64,000 nucleotides of DNA from Dictyostelium discoideum (Eukaryota). The stretch spans positions 1,568,001 through 1,632,000 of the forward strand of contig CM000155.2 of the NCBI GenBank assembly GCA_000004695.1. The letters are read 5' to 3'. Of this stretch, positions 52,628 to 64,000 are shown piece by piece (positions within the stretch are counted from its first letter, which is position 1; every line of letters starts with the position of its first letter). A program made the position numbers and the translations under genes. The notes beneath the pieces are model-generated. The model did no database searches. It was not told the DNA's origin and saw nothing but the letters and a program-made list of their open reading frames with translations.

Positions 52628-54628
52628 TTAACCCCATTGACTGGTTAATTCAATTAATAAACAAAAACTATCAGAATAATGACTATATTTATCTTGTTTA
52701 TATAAAGTATCTAAAGAGATGAATTTTGGCCAACCCCAAGCACTATCGAATCCTTCATCAAACATTTTCTTAAAACTAAATTCAATTGAATCTTGGAATC
52801 TAAACCCAATTACACTTGCCAAAACTGATATTGCTAATGGTTTTGTTAACTTACTACCAAATGCCAAATAAACAGCCAATTGACCTTTTTCTCTTTCCTT
52901 TAATTGAACGAAAAACTCTCTATCCTTGAATGAGAATCTCTCTAAATTTGCTGGTAATTTTATATCCTTTTTAATTCTATATAAAAATTGATTAGTTGAT
53001 TGACCAAATTCTGATGAAAATGAATTTAATGGTATAATTTCATTTGTAACATTTGAATCAAATGGTTGAGCTTTTTAAAATAAAATTAAAAAATTAAAAA
53101 ATTTTAATAATAAAATGAATAAATAAAAAAAAAAAAAAAAAAACTACTTACTAATACCTAATAAAAATTCAATTGGATAGGGTCTTTTTCTATTATTACG
53201 TGGTCTTCTATAATGGTAACCTAAAAATGAGAAACTTTCACCTCTATTTGATTTTAAAATATGTCTAAGAAGATTTGAAATTTCTTTATCTGGTATAATT
53301 TTTAAATTATCTAAACGTTCAAATGCTTCGCCGATATTCATATTTTCCCAACGAATTAGTGGTAATACTTCATCCAATAAATTCTTATCGATTGTTGTAT
53401 CCCAATCTTCAATGATATCTAAGTCATCCTTATTTGTTGAATATTCATAATCATCGTTTGCTGAATCATCTTTATCATCATCATCGGTGAAATCATCATC
53501 CTCATCATCATCTTCATCATCATCGTCACCATCTTCGGAATCATTTTCAAAATCATCGCCAACACCACCACCACCATTACGATGTTCTTCATCATCAATA
53601 TCACTATAGGTTTCTTCTGTATCGCTATGACAATCGTTGTTATTGTAATGACCACCACCACCACCACCATTACCAATGTGCTGTCTGTGGTGATCTTTTA
53701 ATGATAGAGAATTTCTTCTTGAACTGCATCTACTACTACAACTTCCATCGGATCCACCATCACCATCATGCTTTTTCAAATGTGATGAACTACTTCTTTT
53801 ACCATGACTTTTACCACTTGCACCATTTGCAGATTGAAGCTGTTGTTGCTGTTGCTGTTGCTGTTGTTGAATGGAAGCTTGTGAATTCTCTCTACACCAA
53901 TCTATAACACAATCTAATATATCCAATTCTTCCATCCTTAGACCATCATTACGTAACATTTGAACGAGTGTTGTCAAACTGATACTATAGAAAGCATCAC
54001 AATGTAATGAAATACTTGCATATTGTAGGACGAAAGCTCTTAAATGGGGGTGAACACTCTCGACTGGTATAGCACTTTGATTTAAAGAATCCCAAAGAAA
54101 AAGAGCACTTTCAACATCTGGTTTCTCTAGATACATTTGTGCGATTTTACCCATTGTTGCCAATGATAATTCTTTACCTCTTTGAAGACCCAAAAGATCG
54201 CAATACTGATAGATTGAACTCACCATCCTATGATCATAGTCTAAATCTAAAATTCCAATACAAATATATTTCAAAACGGTAAAAAACACATCAGGATCAA
54301 CACCCTCCAAGGTAATCTCTTTAATTGATGATTCTTTCATTGATCCAGTGAACATTGCTTTAAAGTACTCGCTTCTTGCCACTAACATTATCTTACTTGC
54401 AAAGAATTTCCTATCACCAACTTTAAATATTACATCACTAAACTGCGATGGTTGATCAGAATCCCCTAATAATATACCAAATGTATTGGTTAAATCTCTA
54501 GCTAATTTTATAATATCTTCATCTGTTCCATTACTATTACTATTGTTATTATTATTAGTATTATTATTATCATCAACACTTGAATTTAATGGATTTGGTG
54601 ATTTTTGATTATTAATATTTGATATCAT
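52628..54628 (-). CDS. BTB-BACK-PHR protein (BTBD1/2/3/6-like); exons 54628..53152 and 53070..52628; possible extra short 5' exon about 55128..54953
   Basis: BTB core FSDVIFKVGDRKFFASKIMLVARSEYFKAMFTGSMKESSIKEITLEGVDPDVFFTVLKYIC. BACK-like region. Long acidic/Gly insert. The last exon is PHR-like (FSFKDREFFVQLKERE…GFRFQDSIEFSF…GWPKFISLDTL). GTAAGT donor at 53151-53146 and AG at 53072-53071, phase 1. An AG acceptor sits immediately 5' of the 54628 ATG (tatAG|AAATGATA). It can be joined in frame to an upstream MEIEPVVRISFNGNN…PINQ mini-exon via a GTTAGT donor. This is speculative. Confidence 0.75.
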
Positions 54629-55969
54629 TTCTATAAATATAAAAATAATAAAAAAATATTAAAATTACATTAAAAAAAAAAAAAAAAAAAAAAAAAAAGT
54701 TGGACAAGTAATAATAAATTATTTATAAATTATAAATAAATAAAAAAAAAAAAAACAGTTAATATGTGGTTTTTTTTTTGTTTTGTTTTTAATTATTATT
54801 TTTATTTTTGTTTTGTTTGTTTTTTGTTTTTTGTTTTTTGTTTTTTTTTTAATTATTTATTTTTATTTTTTTTTTTATTTTATTTTTTTTTTTAATGTGG
54901 TGGGTTGTGTGTTGAAAAAAAAAAAAAAAAATAAATAAAAAATACTAACTTTGATTTATTGGTTTTTTTACACTAGGTTTATTGGTGCTATTAATGTTAC
55001 TACTATTATTGTTATTATTATTGTTGTTACTATTATTATTGGTGTTGTTGTTGTTGTTGTTGTTGTTGTTTTGATTATTATTTCCATTAAAAGATATTCT
55101 TACAACAGGCTCAATTTCCATTTTGAATTATTTGCAAATCCCACAAATAATTTAATAAATAAAAAAAATAAATAAATAATTTATTTTATATTATTCTAAT
55201 TAAATAAATTTTTTTATATTAAAAAAAAAAAAAAATAAAGAAAAAAAAAATAAGGAAAAAAAAAAAAAAAAATAATAAAGAAAATAAAAAATTATTTGTA
55301 ATGTTAATTTATATTAAATCAATAATTGAAAAATAAATATTTTTTATTTTTTTATTTTTTGGATAAATTAAAATAATTATGATAATATTAAATGCATATA
55401 AATAAATATATATATTTATAACTTTATAATAACAAGAATTATGATGACCCCACACAAAAAAAAAAAAAATTTAAAAAATCTGTTCATATAAAAAAAAAAA
55501 AAAAAAAAAAAAAAGAGAACAAATTGTTAGCACTGATTAGAGTGTGAGTGATTGAATGTATTTTTTAAAAAAAAAACTACTATTGTTTATGTTGGTTAAC
55601 ATTTTTGAGTATTGAAAAAATGTTGGAACCAATTATATTTATAGTTATAATTATAACTATCATTATTTAGTGTTTTGACATTTTTTTATTAATTTTTAAT
55701 TTTATCTTTTAATTTTATTTTTTGAAGGTGCCAAACTGTTTGGTATCCTTAAATTATTATTGTATTTAAAAAAACAATGAAACAATTTTGTGTGGGTGTA
55801 TTTAAAATTCAAAGAAACAATATTTTTTTAATTTTAAAATAAAAAAAATATAAAAAAAAAATATAAAAAAATAAAAAAATAAAAAATAAAAAATTAAAAG
55901 TATAATTAAAATAAAAAAAATAAAACAAACCTTTAAAACTTTTTATTTATTGTATATGAAATTATTTAA

Positions 55970-56004
<35 letters not shown>

Positions 56005-56702
56005 AAAAAAAAATATTGTTTTGGATTATATATATATATTAAATACCTAATGAATCAAAATAATCAATTTTTTTATTTTTATTTTTAATTTTAATTCTTT
56101 TTTTTTGTTGGGGTGTGATGAGGTTGGAATTTTATTTGTGTAATTTTTAACACAAAACTGTTTTTTTTTTTTAATTTTCCTAGTCACTTTTTTTTTTTTT
56201 TTTTTTTTTTCTTTTACATAACCCCGTCCATTAATGGTTTGTCAGTGAATATATTATTGAGAATGGAGGTATAATATGTAAATATTGTTTATTTTTTAAA
56301 TTTTATATTTCTTTTTTAAAATTATTATTATTATTTATGTTATTATTTTTAATATATTATTATTTATAAACAAATTGGTGGAGATAATTAATAATAGTTA
56401 TTGATAGTAGATCTATAAAAAAAAAATGTGTATGTACAAGTGATGTATTTCCTTTATTTTTTATTTTTTATTTTTTATTTTTATTTTTTGTTTTTTGTTT
56501 CCATTTTTTTACTTTTTTTAAAAATCTAAAAACAATTGCATGTCAAAATAATAAAAAAAAAAAAAAAAAATAAATAAAAAAAATAAAATATAATAAAATA
56601 AAAGTTCCTCTTTGTTTACATACCAAATTTGATTGAATTTTGATAATATATTTAATATATTAAATATATTAAATATTATTATATATTAAAATATAATAAT
56701 TG

Positions 56703-56738
<36 letters not shown>

Positions 56739-56753
56739 ATAACATAATTATAC

Positions 56754-56785
<32 letters not shown>

Positions 56786-57032
56786 TTGTATAATATTTAT
56801 ATTCAAAAAAAAAAAAAAAAAAAAAAAATTATATAATTGTATAATATTAATTCAAAAAATGTGTGGGTGAGGGGCAATAAGTGGGGGTTTTAGTTAACTG
56901 CTTACCAAAATGAATTCATTTCCAAAGTTGAAATTAGTGACCACCCTATGTAGTTTTTACATATATTATAATATAGATTTAATCAATTGAAATGGATTTT
57001 ATTTAACAGTTTAATTATTGCTAATTATTTTT

Positions 57033-57044
<12 letters not shown>

Positions 57045-57128
<84 letters not shown>
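57045..57128. repeat. (AAT)n microsatellite, intergenic upstream of TPR gene
   Basis: Perfect trinucleotide run. Confidence 0.9.
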
Positions 57129-57129
<1 letters not shown>

Positions 57130-57547
57130 GTAATTTTTGAGATCAAAACATTTATGCTATATTAGTAAATTACTCTGATTTTTTATTTTTATTATTATAA
57201 GTAATTTACTTTGATCTTTTATATTTAAATTTCCCATTCATTTTTTTTTTAAATTTTCCATTTTTTTTTTTATTTTTTTTGTTTTTAAACAAAAAAATAG
57301 ATGGAAAAAAGAAAAAAAAAATGAAAAAAAAAAATGAAAAAATTTAATTTTTTTTTTTGAAAAAAAAAAAAAAAAAATTCAAAATTCAAAATCATTTCGA
57401 TATCAAAGTAATTTATTCAAATAAATAAATCAAACAAATTATCTGTCTGTACATATATATACATAAATAAATATATATACATTTTATCAAAAAAAAAAGT
57501 ACATCTTCTTTAGTTTTTATTTAATAAACACAATAAAAAAAAAAAAA

Positions 57548-57971
57548 ATGGGAAAATCAAAAAAGAAAGTTATACCAACTTCTAATAAAGAACCGAAGAA
57601 ATCAACATCATCACAACAACAACAACAACAGCAACAACAACAGTTAACACCACAACAAGCTCAACAATTGCAACAACAACAAATGCAACACCAACAACAA
57701 ATTCAATACGCACAACAACAATTGCAACAAGCACAACAAATACAACAAGCACAACATCTTCAAATGCAACAAACCTCTCAAAGATTAGCACAACAAATCC
57801 AACAAATTCAACAAAAGAAAATTTCAATTAATCTAGATAACCTTGATAAAAACTTTTTATCTTTAAATTTAGATGCATTAAAACATTCTCAAAATCAAGC
57901 AAATGGTATATTCAGTTCATCATCCTCGTCAAATAAAAATACTAAAAATAAGAATAAAAATAATAATAATA

Positions 57972-58002
<31 letters not shown>

Positions 58003-60181
58003 TAGCAATAATAACAGTGGCAATAACAATAGTAGTAATAATAGTAATGATAAAAATAATAATAATAATAATAATAATAGCGGTAGTTCAGATGATAATG
58101 GACCAAAACAAAAGACATTCATGGGTGACGTTCCATTGAGTGCTTTGTATTCATTTAGAAATGGTAATAATGAATATTATAATGAACGATATAAAAATGC
58201 AGTTGAACATTATAATACTGCAATATCATTATCATCTTCAAAAATTCCAACATTTTTAGTTGTAGTTTTAATTAATAGATCAATTACTAAATTAAAATTA
58301 CAAGTAAGTAGTATATACATAATATTATATCTGTTTTATTTTTATTTTTATTTTTTTTTATTGTTTTTTTTTTTTTTATTCTTTCATATTATTCATACTC
58401 ACACTATTATTTTTAATTTATTTTTTATAAAAGGAATATAAAAGATCAATTTTAGATAGTACATTAGCAATATCTATTCAGCCAAATTGTATTAAAGCAT
58501 ACATTTGTAGATCATTTGGATACTTTTTCTGTAAAGACTATAAGAAAGCATTTGCGGATCATTTAATTGCCACAAATTTAGCACCTCATAATCTTACACT
58601 TCAAAAAGTAATGAGATATGCACATGGTTCTTTATCAATGTTTAATGCTGATTTCTTTGATTATTCTTTAAATAATTTAGCAAAAATGTAAGATATATAT
58701 AAATTATTAAGATTTATTTATTTATTTTAAAATGATTTATTCTAATAAATATATTTTACTTATATAAATATAGAAAAAGTATACAATTAGAATGGTTAAG
58801 TGATTTTAATTTATTATCAATTGAAGAGGAACCAGGTAGAATGCATTTATTAGTTAAATATATGAAAGATTTAATAATAAGAACTAAAGATAATCCACAT
58901 CAACAAGGACCACAACAACAATTCATTAATCAATCATTACAGGCAGCACACCAACAATCACAAATTCTAACTCAAAATCCAGGTATAATACCACAGGCAT
59001 CATTACAACAAACACAAATTCAAAATTGTAGAAACACAAGTTCAACACCACCCTCATTAATACCATCAGGCGAATTCACTACTCGTACCTCTTGGAATGA
59101 TCTCGAAGAGTATTATTCCCTCTTTAGGCATCCACAAAGTGAAGTATTGGCTTCAAAACAAAAACTTTTAGGTAATGCTGATTTTCAAGAAAAAAGGTAT
59201 GAAGCTGCATTAAGTCATTATTCAAAAGCTATAAAATTAAATCCAGAGTATGTATTTTTTTAAAAAATATTTATAAATATTTATAAATTTTGTTATTTAT
59301 TTTTTTATTTATTAATTTTAATTTATTTTGTATAAAAAAAAAAAAAAAATAAGTGATTCTATTTATTACTCTAATAGAGGTATTGTATATTATAAATTAA
59401 ATAGATTTTATGAAGCAATTACAGATTGTACAATGTCAATTGAAAAACAAGCTAAACAATTTAAAGCCTATTTAAGAAGGGGTTCATCCTATGCAGCTAT
59501 TGGTGATTATGCAAATGCCATTATAGATTTTAAAGCTGGTTTAAAATATGAACCAGAAAGTATAGATTTAATTGATGGTTTATATAAATCATTGAAATGG
59601 ATTGAAAATGATTTAAGAAAAAGAATAGCTTCTTCTTCTTCTCCTTCTTCTACTACTAATAATACAAACTCAACAACTACTACAACTACTACAAATAATA
59701 CTACTACAATAACTCCAAATAATACAAGTTTTTTAGAATTATCTTTAAAAACCGTCAATTTTGAATTGTCTTTAATTGCTGCGAAATTAAATTCAACAAA
59801 GAATTCACAAATTGATCCAAGTCAATTACCTTCAACAACAACAACAACAATAAATAATAATAGTAATAATAATAATAATAATAATTTAAATAATAATAAT
59901 ATCAATAGTAATAATACAACAACAGCACAACCAATATCTTCAACAAATTCACCATTTTTATCACAACCAATTACAAATAATCCACCACCATCATTATCTA
60001 AAAATTTTCATGAGAAAATTTTACAAGAAAAAGATAAACAAAAGGAGAAAGAAATAGAAAAAGAAAAAGAAAAAGAAAAAGAAAAAGAAAAAGAAAAAGA
60101 AAAAGAAAAAGAAAAAGAAAAAGAAAAAGAAAAAGAAAAGGAAAAAGAAAGAGAAAAGGAAAGAGAAAAAGAAAGAGAAAG

Positions 60182-60212
<31 letters not shown>

Positions 60213-60836
60213 AGAGCAATGGAATCAGAATTAGAAGAAAGGGAGAGAGAAAGAGAAAAACATGTAAATAAAAAACAAAAACATACACATAAACAACAAC
60301 AACAACAATCACAACAACCACAGGAACAATTATCACCACCAACATCAAGACCACCAACACCACCAACAACACCTTCATCACCAACATCTGGATCACCACC
60401 ATCACCACCACCACAATTTTCATCATCATCAACAACAACATCAACACCACCATTAACACCACCATTAACACCATCATCATTTGCAACATCACAATCATTG
60501 AATTCAATTGATTCATATAAGAAAATAGCATGCTTTAGACCTATAACAGCAGAACAAAAGAATAAGCTAGAGTCATTGGTAAACTATTTAACAGATTTAA
60601 TCACTGATGAAATTGGTGACCCTTCTTTAATTTTATTCTCAAGAGCTGAAGCCTATTCTCAATTAAGAGACTACATATCTGCTTTTAGAGATTTTGAAAT
60701 TGCAACTCATTTAAATCAAAAATATACTGATATTCCAAAACGTCATCAAAGATTAAGACAAATAATAAAAGAAGATCAAGAACAAAGAAAACAACTTAAT
60801 AATCTAATTTATCACCATCCCCAAAGTCATCTTTAA
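57548..60836 (+). CDS. TPR-repeat protein with poly-Gln N-terminus, N/S-rich linker and (EK)n tract; exons 57548..58303, 58434..58687, 58774..59247, 59354..60836 (about 988 aa)
   Basis: Spliced TPR blocks …GDVPLSALYSFRNGNNEYYNERYKNAVEHYNTAISL…KLKLQ|EYKRSILDSTLAISIQPNCIKAYICRSFGYFFCKDYKKAFADHLIATNLAPHN… and …GNADFQEKRYEAALSHYSKAIKLNPE|DDSIYYSNRGIVYYKLNRFYEAITDCTMSIEKQAKQFKAYLRRGSSYAAIGDYANAIIDFKAGLKYEPES. Donors GTAAGT (58304), GTAAGA (58688), GTATGT (59248). Acceptors 58432-58433, 58772-58773, 59352-59353. Phases 0,2,2 consistent. The ORF-track entries 57548, 58841 and 59328 are pieces of this gene. Confidence 0.7.
60055..60165. repeat. (AAAGAA)n hexanucleotide repeat, coding (EK/KE)n then (ER)n in TPR gene
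   Basis: aaagaaaaagaaaaagaa… then gaaagagaaaga. Translates to EKEKEK…EREKER. Confidence 0.9.
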
Positions 60837-60898
60837 AAATAAAAAATAAAAAATAAAATAAAATATCAATAGATTATTTAAAAATAATAATAATAATG

Positions 60899-60953
<55 letters not shown>

Positions 60954-60969
60954 TAATAATAATAATAAA

Positions 60970-62506
60970 CTATTTATATTGGTTGAAACAAACTAACCAA
61001 TATAAAAAAAAATAAGAACAAATCAGATAAAATTTTATTTTTACTTTTTTTTTATTTTCTATTTTTATGAGATATCTTTTCCAACCAAAGATATTTTTAT
61101 TGCTATTACATTTACCTTTAAGGTTATTAGTCTCTCCAAAATTCTTTCTTATAGTGTATAAATCATATTGAACCAAAGATGAATCATAAGAGTGATCTAC
61201 ATTTGCTTCATTTGGTGGTAGAGTTACTGATGGTCTTTGATTTATATGCCAACCTCTTAAAAAGTTAATTTTAATTGGTGGTTGTAATGACATTGAATAA
61301 GTAACACGAAATTCTGTTTCTCCAAAGAATATAATATCTTTAAATATTACTTTATTCCAAATACTATTTGATACTTTATCATTTAGATTTGATTGTTCAT
61401 TTCCATTATAGATACCTAATAATTTATCACTATTTAAAGATGCAATCGATGATCTTGATTGTAATGGAATAATGTGAATTGAACCTCCTTTAAATCTACC
61501 TTCAAATATATTTGATTCATAGAATGAATACTGTGAAGTTGAAATAATACCACTATTAATATAATCTATATTATCTGGATATTGTACTCTTGGCCCAACA
61601 GTACTGGTGTTTGAATAAAATGAAATGAATGCATTATAATTAATGTTGAATTGTTCAGTACCATATAATAATGAAATACCACTCATACTTAATCTATCTG
61701 ATTATTCTTTTAATACGAATGAATTACCAATGACATTACCAAATGAACGAATTGCTCCAATGAATGATCTTGGTGTTAAACTTTGTTGTCGAGTTCCTGA
61801 ATGAATTGCTGCTAAAAAACAATTATTTTCAATATTTACAGATTTTTTATTATGGTATAAAGTTATTGGATATCTATTTGGAATATTATTACTTTCATCC
61901 AATGGTGATGATGTTGTATGTCCAAAATCATAGAATACTGAATTTTTAATATCAACAGTTGATGAACCAGTGAAAACCATTGAACATTTACCAATACCCT
62001 GGATCCATACATTTTTATTATAAGGATTTATTAATATAAAACCAGTATCAGTACCTAAGGTTAAATCATAGGAATATTTATCAGTATTAGTTTCCTTCAA
62101 CATATCTGTGTAATAATTGTGCAACTTGTATTGTTCAGTACCATATACATCTTTTGAACCACCAAGTTTAATAATTGGCATTCTATCATTTGAGAATGGA
62201 AAGCTTCTAATGAATGTTGTTCTATTTGTTGTATCATAACCAGTCCATGTTGAACTTGAATCGAAACCTCTAATTGTAATATTACCATATATTGAAAGTA
62301 TTGATGGAATATTTGTTAAGGTAACTTTAGCAGCCTTTACACGATTTTTATCTAAACTGTAAAATTTATCACCAGTGTAATTTAAATTTGTACTTGTTGG
62401 ATAATAATTAATATTATATGATTCACTACCAAATTGGTCATAGACAATATTATTTATATTAACATCATATAATTGTCCACTTGAAACTTGTGAATTACAA
62501 TCTATT
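60970..62506 (-). CDS. probable secreted repetitive (beta-helix-like) protein whose reading frame is interrupted by a single in-frame TAA (61704..61702); upstream signal-peptide exon not resolved
   Basis: ORFs 61702..62181 and 60970..61686 are in the same frame, separated only by TAA + 15 nt. The frame is also open upstream of 62181 to an AG acceptor near 62507 (…taattaatAG|ATTGTAATTCACAAG). Composition N/S/T/G/Y-rich with repeated NIxIxN-type segments. Family assignment weak. Confidence 0.45.
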
Positions 62507-63230
62507 AATTATAATAAAAAACAAATTTAAATTAGTTAATAAGTGGTGGGTTTATTCTTTTAATTTCTATAATTTTATTATTTCAAAACAAACATTTAAA
62601 TAATATTGAAAGATTTAAAAGAAATATTAAAATAACTTTTCATTGTTTATTTTATTTTTTTATTTTTTTTTTTGAAGAAAATAAAAAGAAATAAATTTTT
62701 TCATTTTTATACTATTAATTTTTTTAGTTGATTTTTAGTAAGAGAAAAACATATGTATAATGATGGAATGGTGTGATATTTTTCATTACAAAAAATAATG
62801 CTTAAATCAGGAAAAAAAAAAATATCTTACTTTCAAGCTTAAAAATTTTGAACACAGTGGATTGATAAAAAATGCTTCTTTAAAGTTGGAATATGAAAAA
62901 TAAAAGGCAGAAAATCTGGAAATTTAAGATAAAAAAAAAAAACTAAAATTAAAAAAGATCTTTTTTCAACCAGACTTATTAAATTTTTAATTTTTTTTTT
63001 ATTTTAGTTTTATTTTTATATTTTTCATTGTCATTTTTATTTTTATTTTTATTTTATTTTTATTTTTATTTTTCTTTTTTCTTTTTGTTTCTATTAAAAA
63101 ATAAAATTATAAAATTTAGTTTTTGAATTTTTTTTTTTTTTTTAACTTATACCTTTTCACTAAAAATTTTTTATTTTTATTTTTTTTTTTTTTCATTTTC
63201 AAAAGATATCAATTCTCAAAAAAAATTAAA

Positions 63231-63843
63231 ATGGACCCTTTAGCCAATATTAAAAATGAAATAAATTTAATGAATCATAGAATTTCATCATTCGCTACTT
63301 ATGTAAATTATCAATTGTTAGAATTTAAACAGAGCATGTCAAATATTGGTGTGTAGTAAATAATAATTCAATTCTCAAGATTTTTTTTTTTTTTTTTTTT
63401 TTTTTAATTCCAAATCTTCACAATCATTGATTCTAACCTTTTTTTTTTTTTTTTTATTTTTTTTTTTTTTAATTTTTTCTGCAAATCAATGAAAATGATA
63501 ATTTCACTCAATGATTGATTAAAATAAATAATGTAAACAAAAAAATATATTTATTTTTTTAGAATTAATGTTACAAGAAAATATTGAATCAAAAAAAAAA
63601 ACAAAAACAGATACAGAACCAAATTCACCAACAAAACCACTTTCAACATCAATTCCAACTACAACAACAGCAGCAACTAGTCAATCAATCACTTCAACAA
63701 GTTTATCATCCTCCTCATCATTATCAAATCAAATTGCACAACCACCAATAATAAATGGACAGGTATTAAATTCTTCAATTTTAACTCCAACATCAAGAAA
63801 AAAACTTTCATTAGTTGACATAGATAAAAACAATTATAATAAC

Positions 63844-63940
<97 letters not shown>

Positions 63941-64000
63941 TAACAACAACAGATAAAAAAGAAGGAGAAAAGAATGAAAATGAAAATGAAAATGAAAATG
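63231..64000 (+). CDS. 5' part of a gene running off the window: exon 1 63231..63348, intron 63349..63562, exon 2 63563..>64000; S/T/N-rich protein of unknown function
   Basis: ATG at 63231 (MDPLANIKNEINLMNHRISSFATYVNYQLLEFKQSMSNI). GTGTGT donor at 63349. tttttttAG acceptor at 63561-63562 restores frame (G+AA). The downstream frame stays open through the (AAT)n-encoded poly-Asn to position 64000. Confidence 0.5.
63841..63940. repeat. (AAT)n coding poly-Asn in terminal partial gene
   Basis: Perfect trinucleotide run in frame with exon 2. Confidence 0.85.

Noticed and set aside
53419-53907. ORFs 53419..53676 (-) and 53701..53907 (+) and 54951..55175 (+)
   Set aside because: Alternative frame or antisense of the acidic/Gly-rich insert of the BTB-BACK-PHR gene. 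54951..55175 plus strand is antisense to the speculative 5' mini-exon.
57582-58139. ORFs 57582..57827 (-), 57895..58122 (-), 57903..58139 (+), 59507..59758 (-), 59998..60531 (-)
   Set aside because: Antisense or alt-frame readings of the poly-Gln, poly-Asn and (EK)n repeats of the TPR gene.
61764-62288. ORFs 61764..61949 (+) and 62097..62288 (-)
   Set aside because: Antisense or out-of-frame within the beta-helix-like gene.
63123-63949. ORF-track start 63123 for the terminal gene and minus ORF 63689..63949 (poly-Tyr)
   Set aside because: 63123..63230 is poly-T 5' leader read in frame (MNFFFFFNLYLF…). The real ATG is 63231. The minus ORF is antisense of (AAT)n.

Overview
This 64-kb window is eukaryotic nuclear DNA with every hallmark of Dictyostelium discoideum, not a prokaryotic locus, so no phage-defence or CRISPR-type system is expected and none was found.

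The sequence is about 78% A+T. Intergenic regions are poly-A/poly-T and microsatellite rich. Coding regions are relatively GC-richer and full of poly-Asn/Gln/Ser/Thr tracts. Introns are short (70-215 nt), very AT-rich and bounded by GTAAGT/GTATGT/GTAAAT donors and AG acceptors.

I can support 25 protein-coding genes, one pseudogene-like locus and one DNA-transposon remnant. Nineteen of the genes lie on the minus strand, including an unbroken run from 29.5 kb to 45.6 kb. Most genes have one to eight introns that I reconstructed by hand from donor/acceptor motifs and phase consistency. Splice coordinates are good to about +/-1-3 nt, and twice my hand indexing was 1 nt off from the ORF track.

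Recognisable products:
- NC2-alpha/DRAP1
- ITFG1/TIP-like FG-GAP protein
- mitochondrial ribosomal protein L53-like
- two-RRM hnRNP-like protein
- synaptojanin-like Sac1 + inositol-5-phosphatase
- ribosomal protein L27a
- a ubiquitin-like domain fused to a bacterial-type BioY biotin transporter
- PITP (phosphatidylinositol transfer protein)
- dymeclin (9 exons)
- BTB protein
- SMYD4-like TPR-SET-MYND protein
- MaoC hotdog dehydratase
- mitochondrial rhomboid with MORN repeats
- MFSD8/CLN7-like MFS transporter
- FNIP-repeat protein
- pirin
- BTB-BACK-PHR protein
- TPR protein
- TLDc-domain protein

A 5'-truncated pogo/Tigger-like DDE transposase remnant carrying introns and an in-frame stop sits just upstream of pirin.

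Two loci carry single in-frame stop codons that split otherwise continuous reading frames, suggesting pseudogenes or sequence errors.

No rRNA, tRNA or CRISPR features were found.

Many ORF-track entries are artefacts: low-complexity repeat translations, antisense of real exons, or intron read-through. Several of their 'M' starts are actually TTG/GTG codons inside exons.
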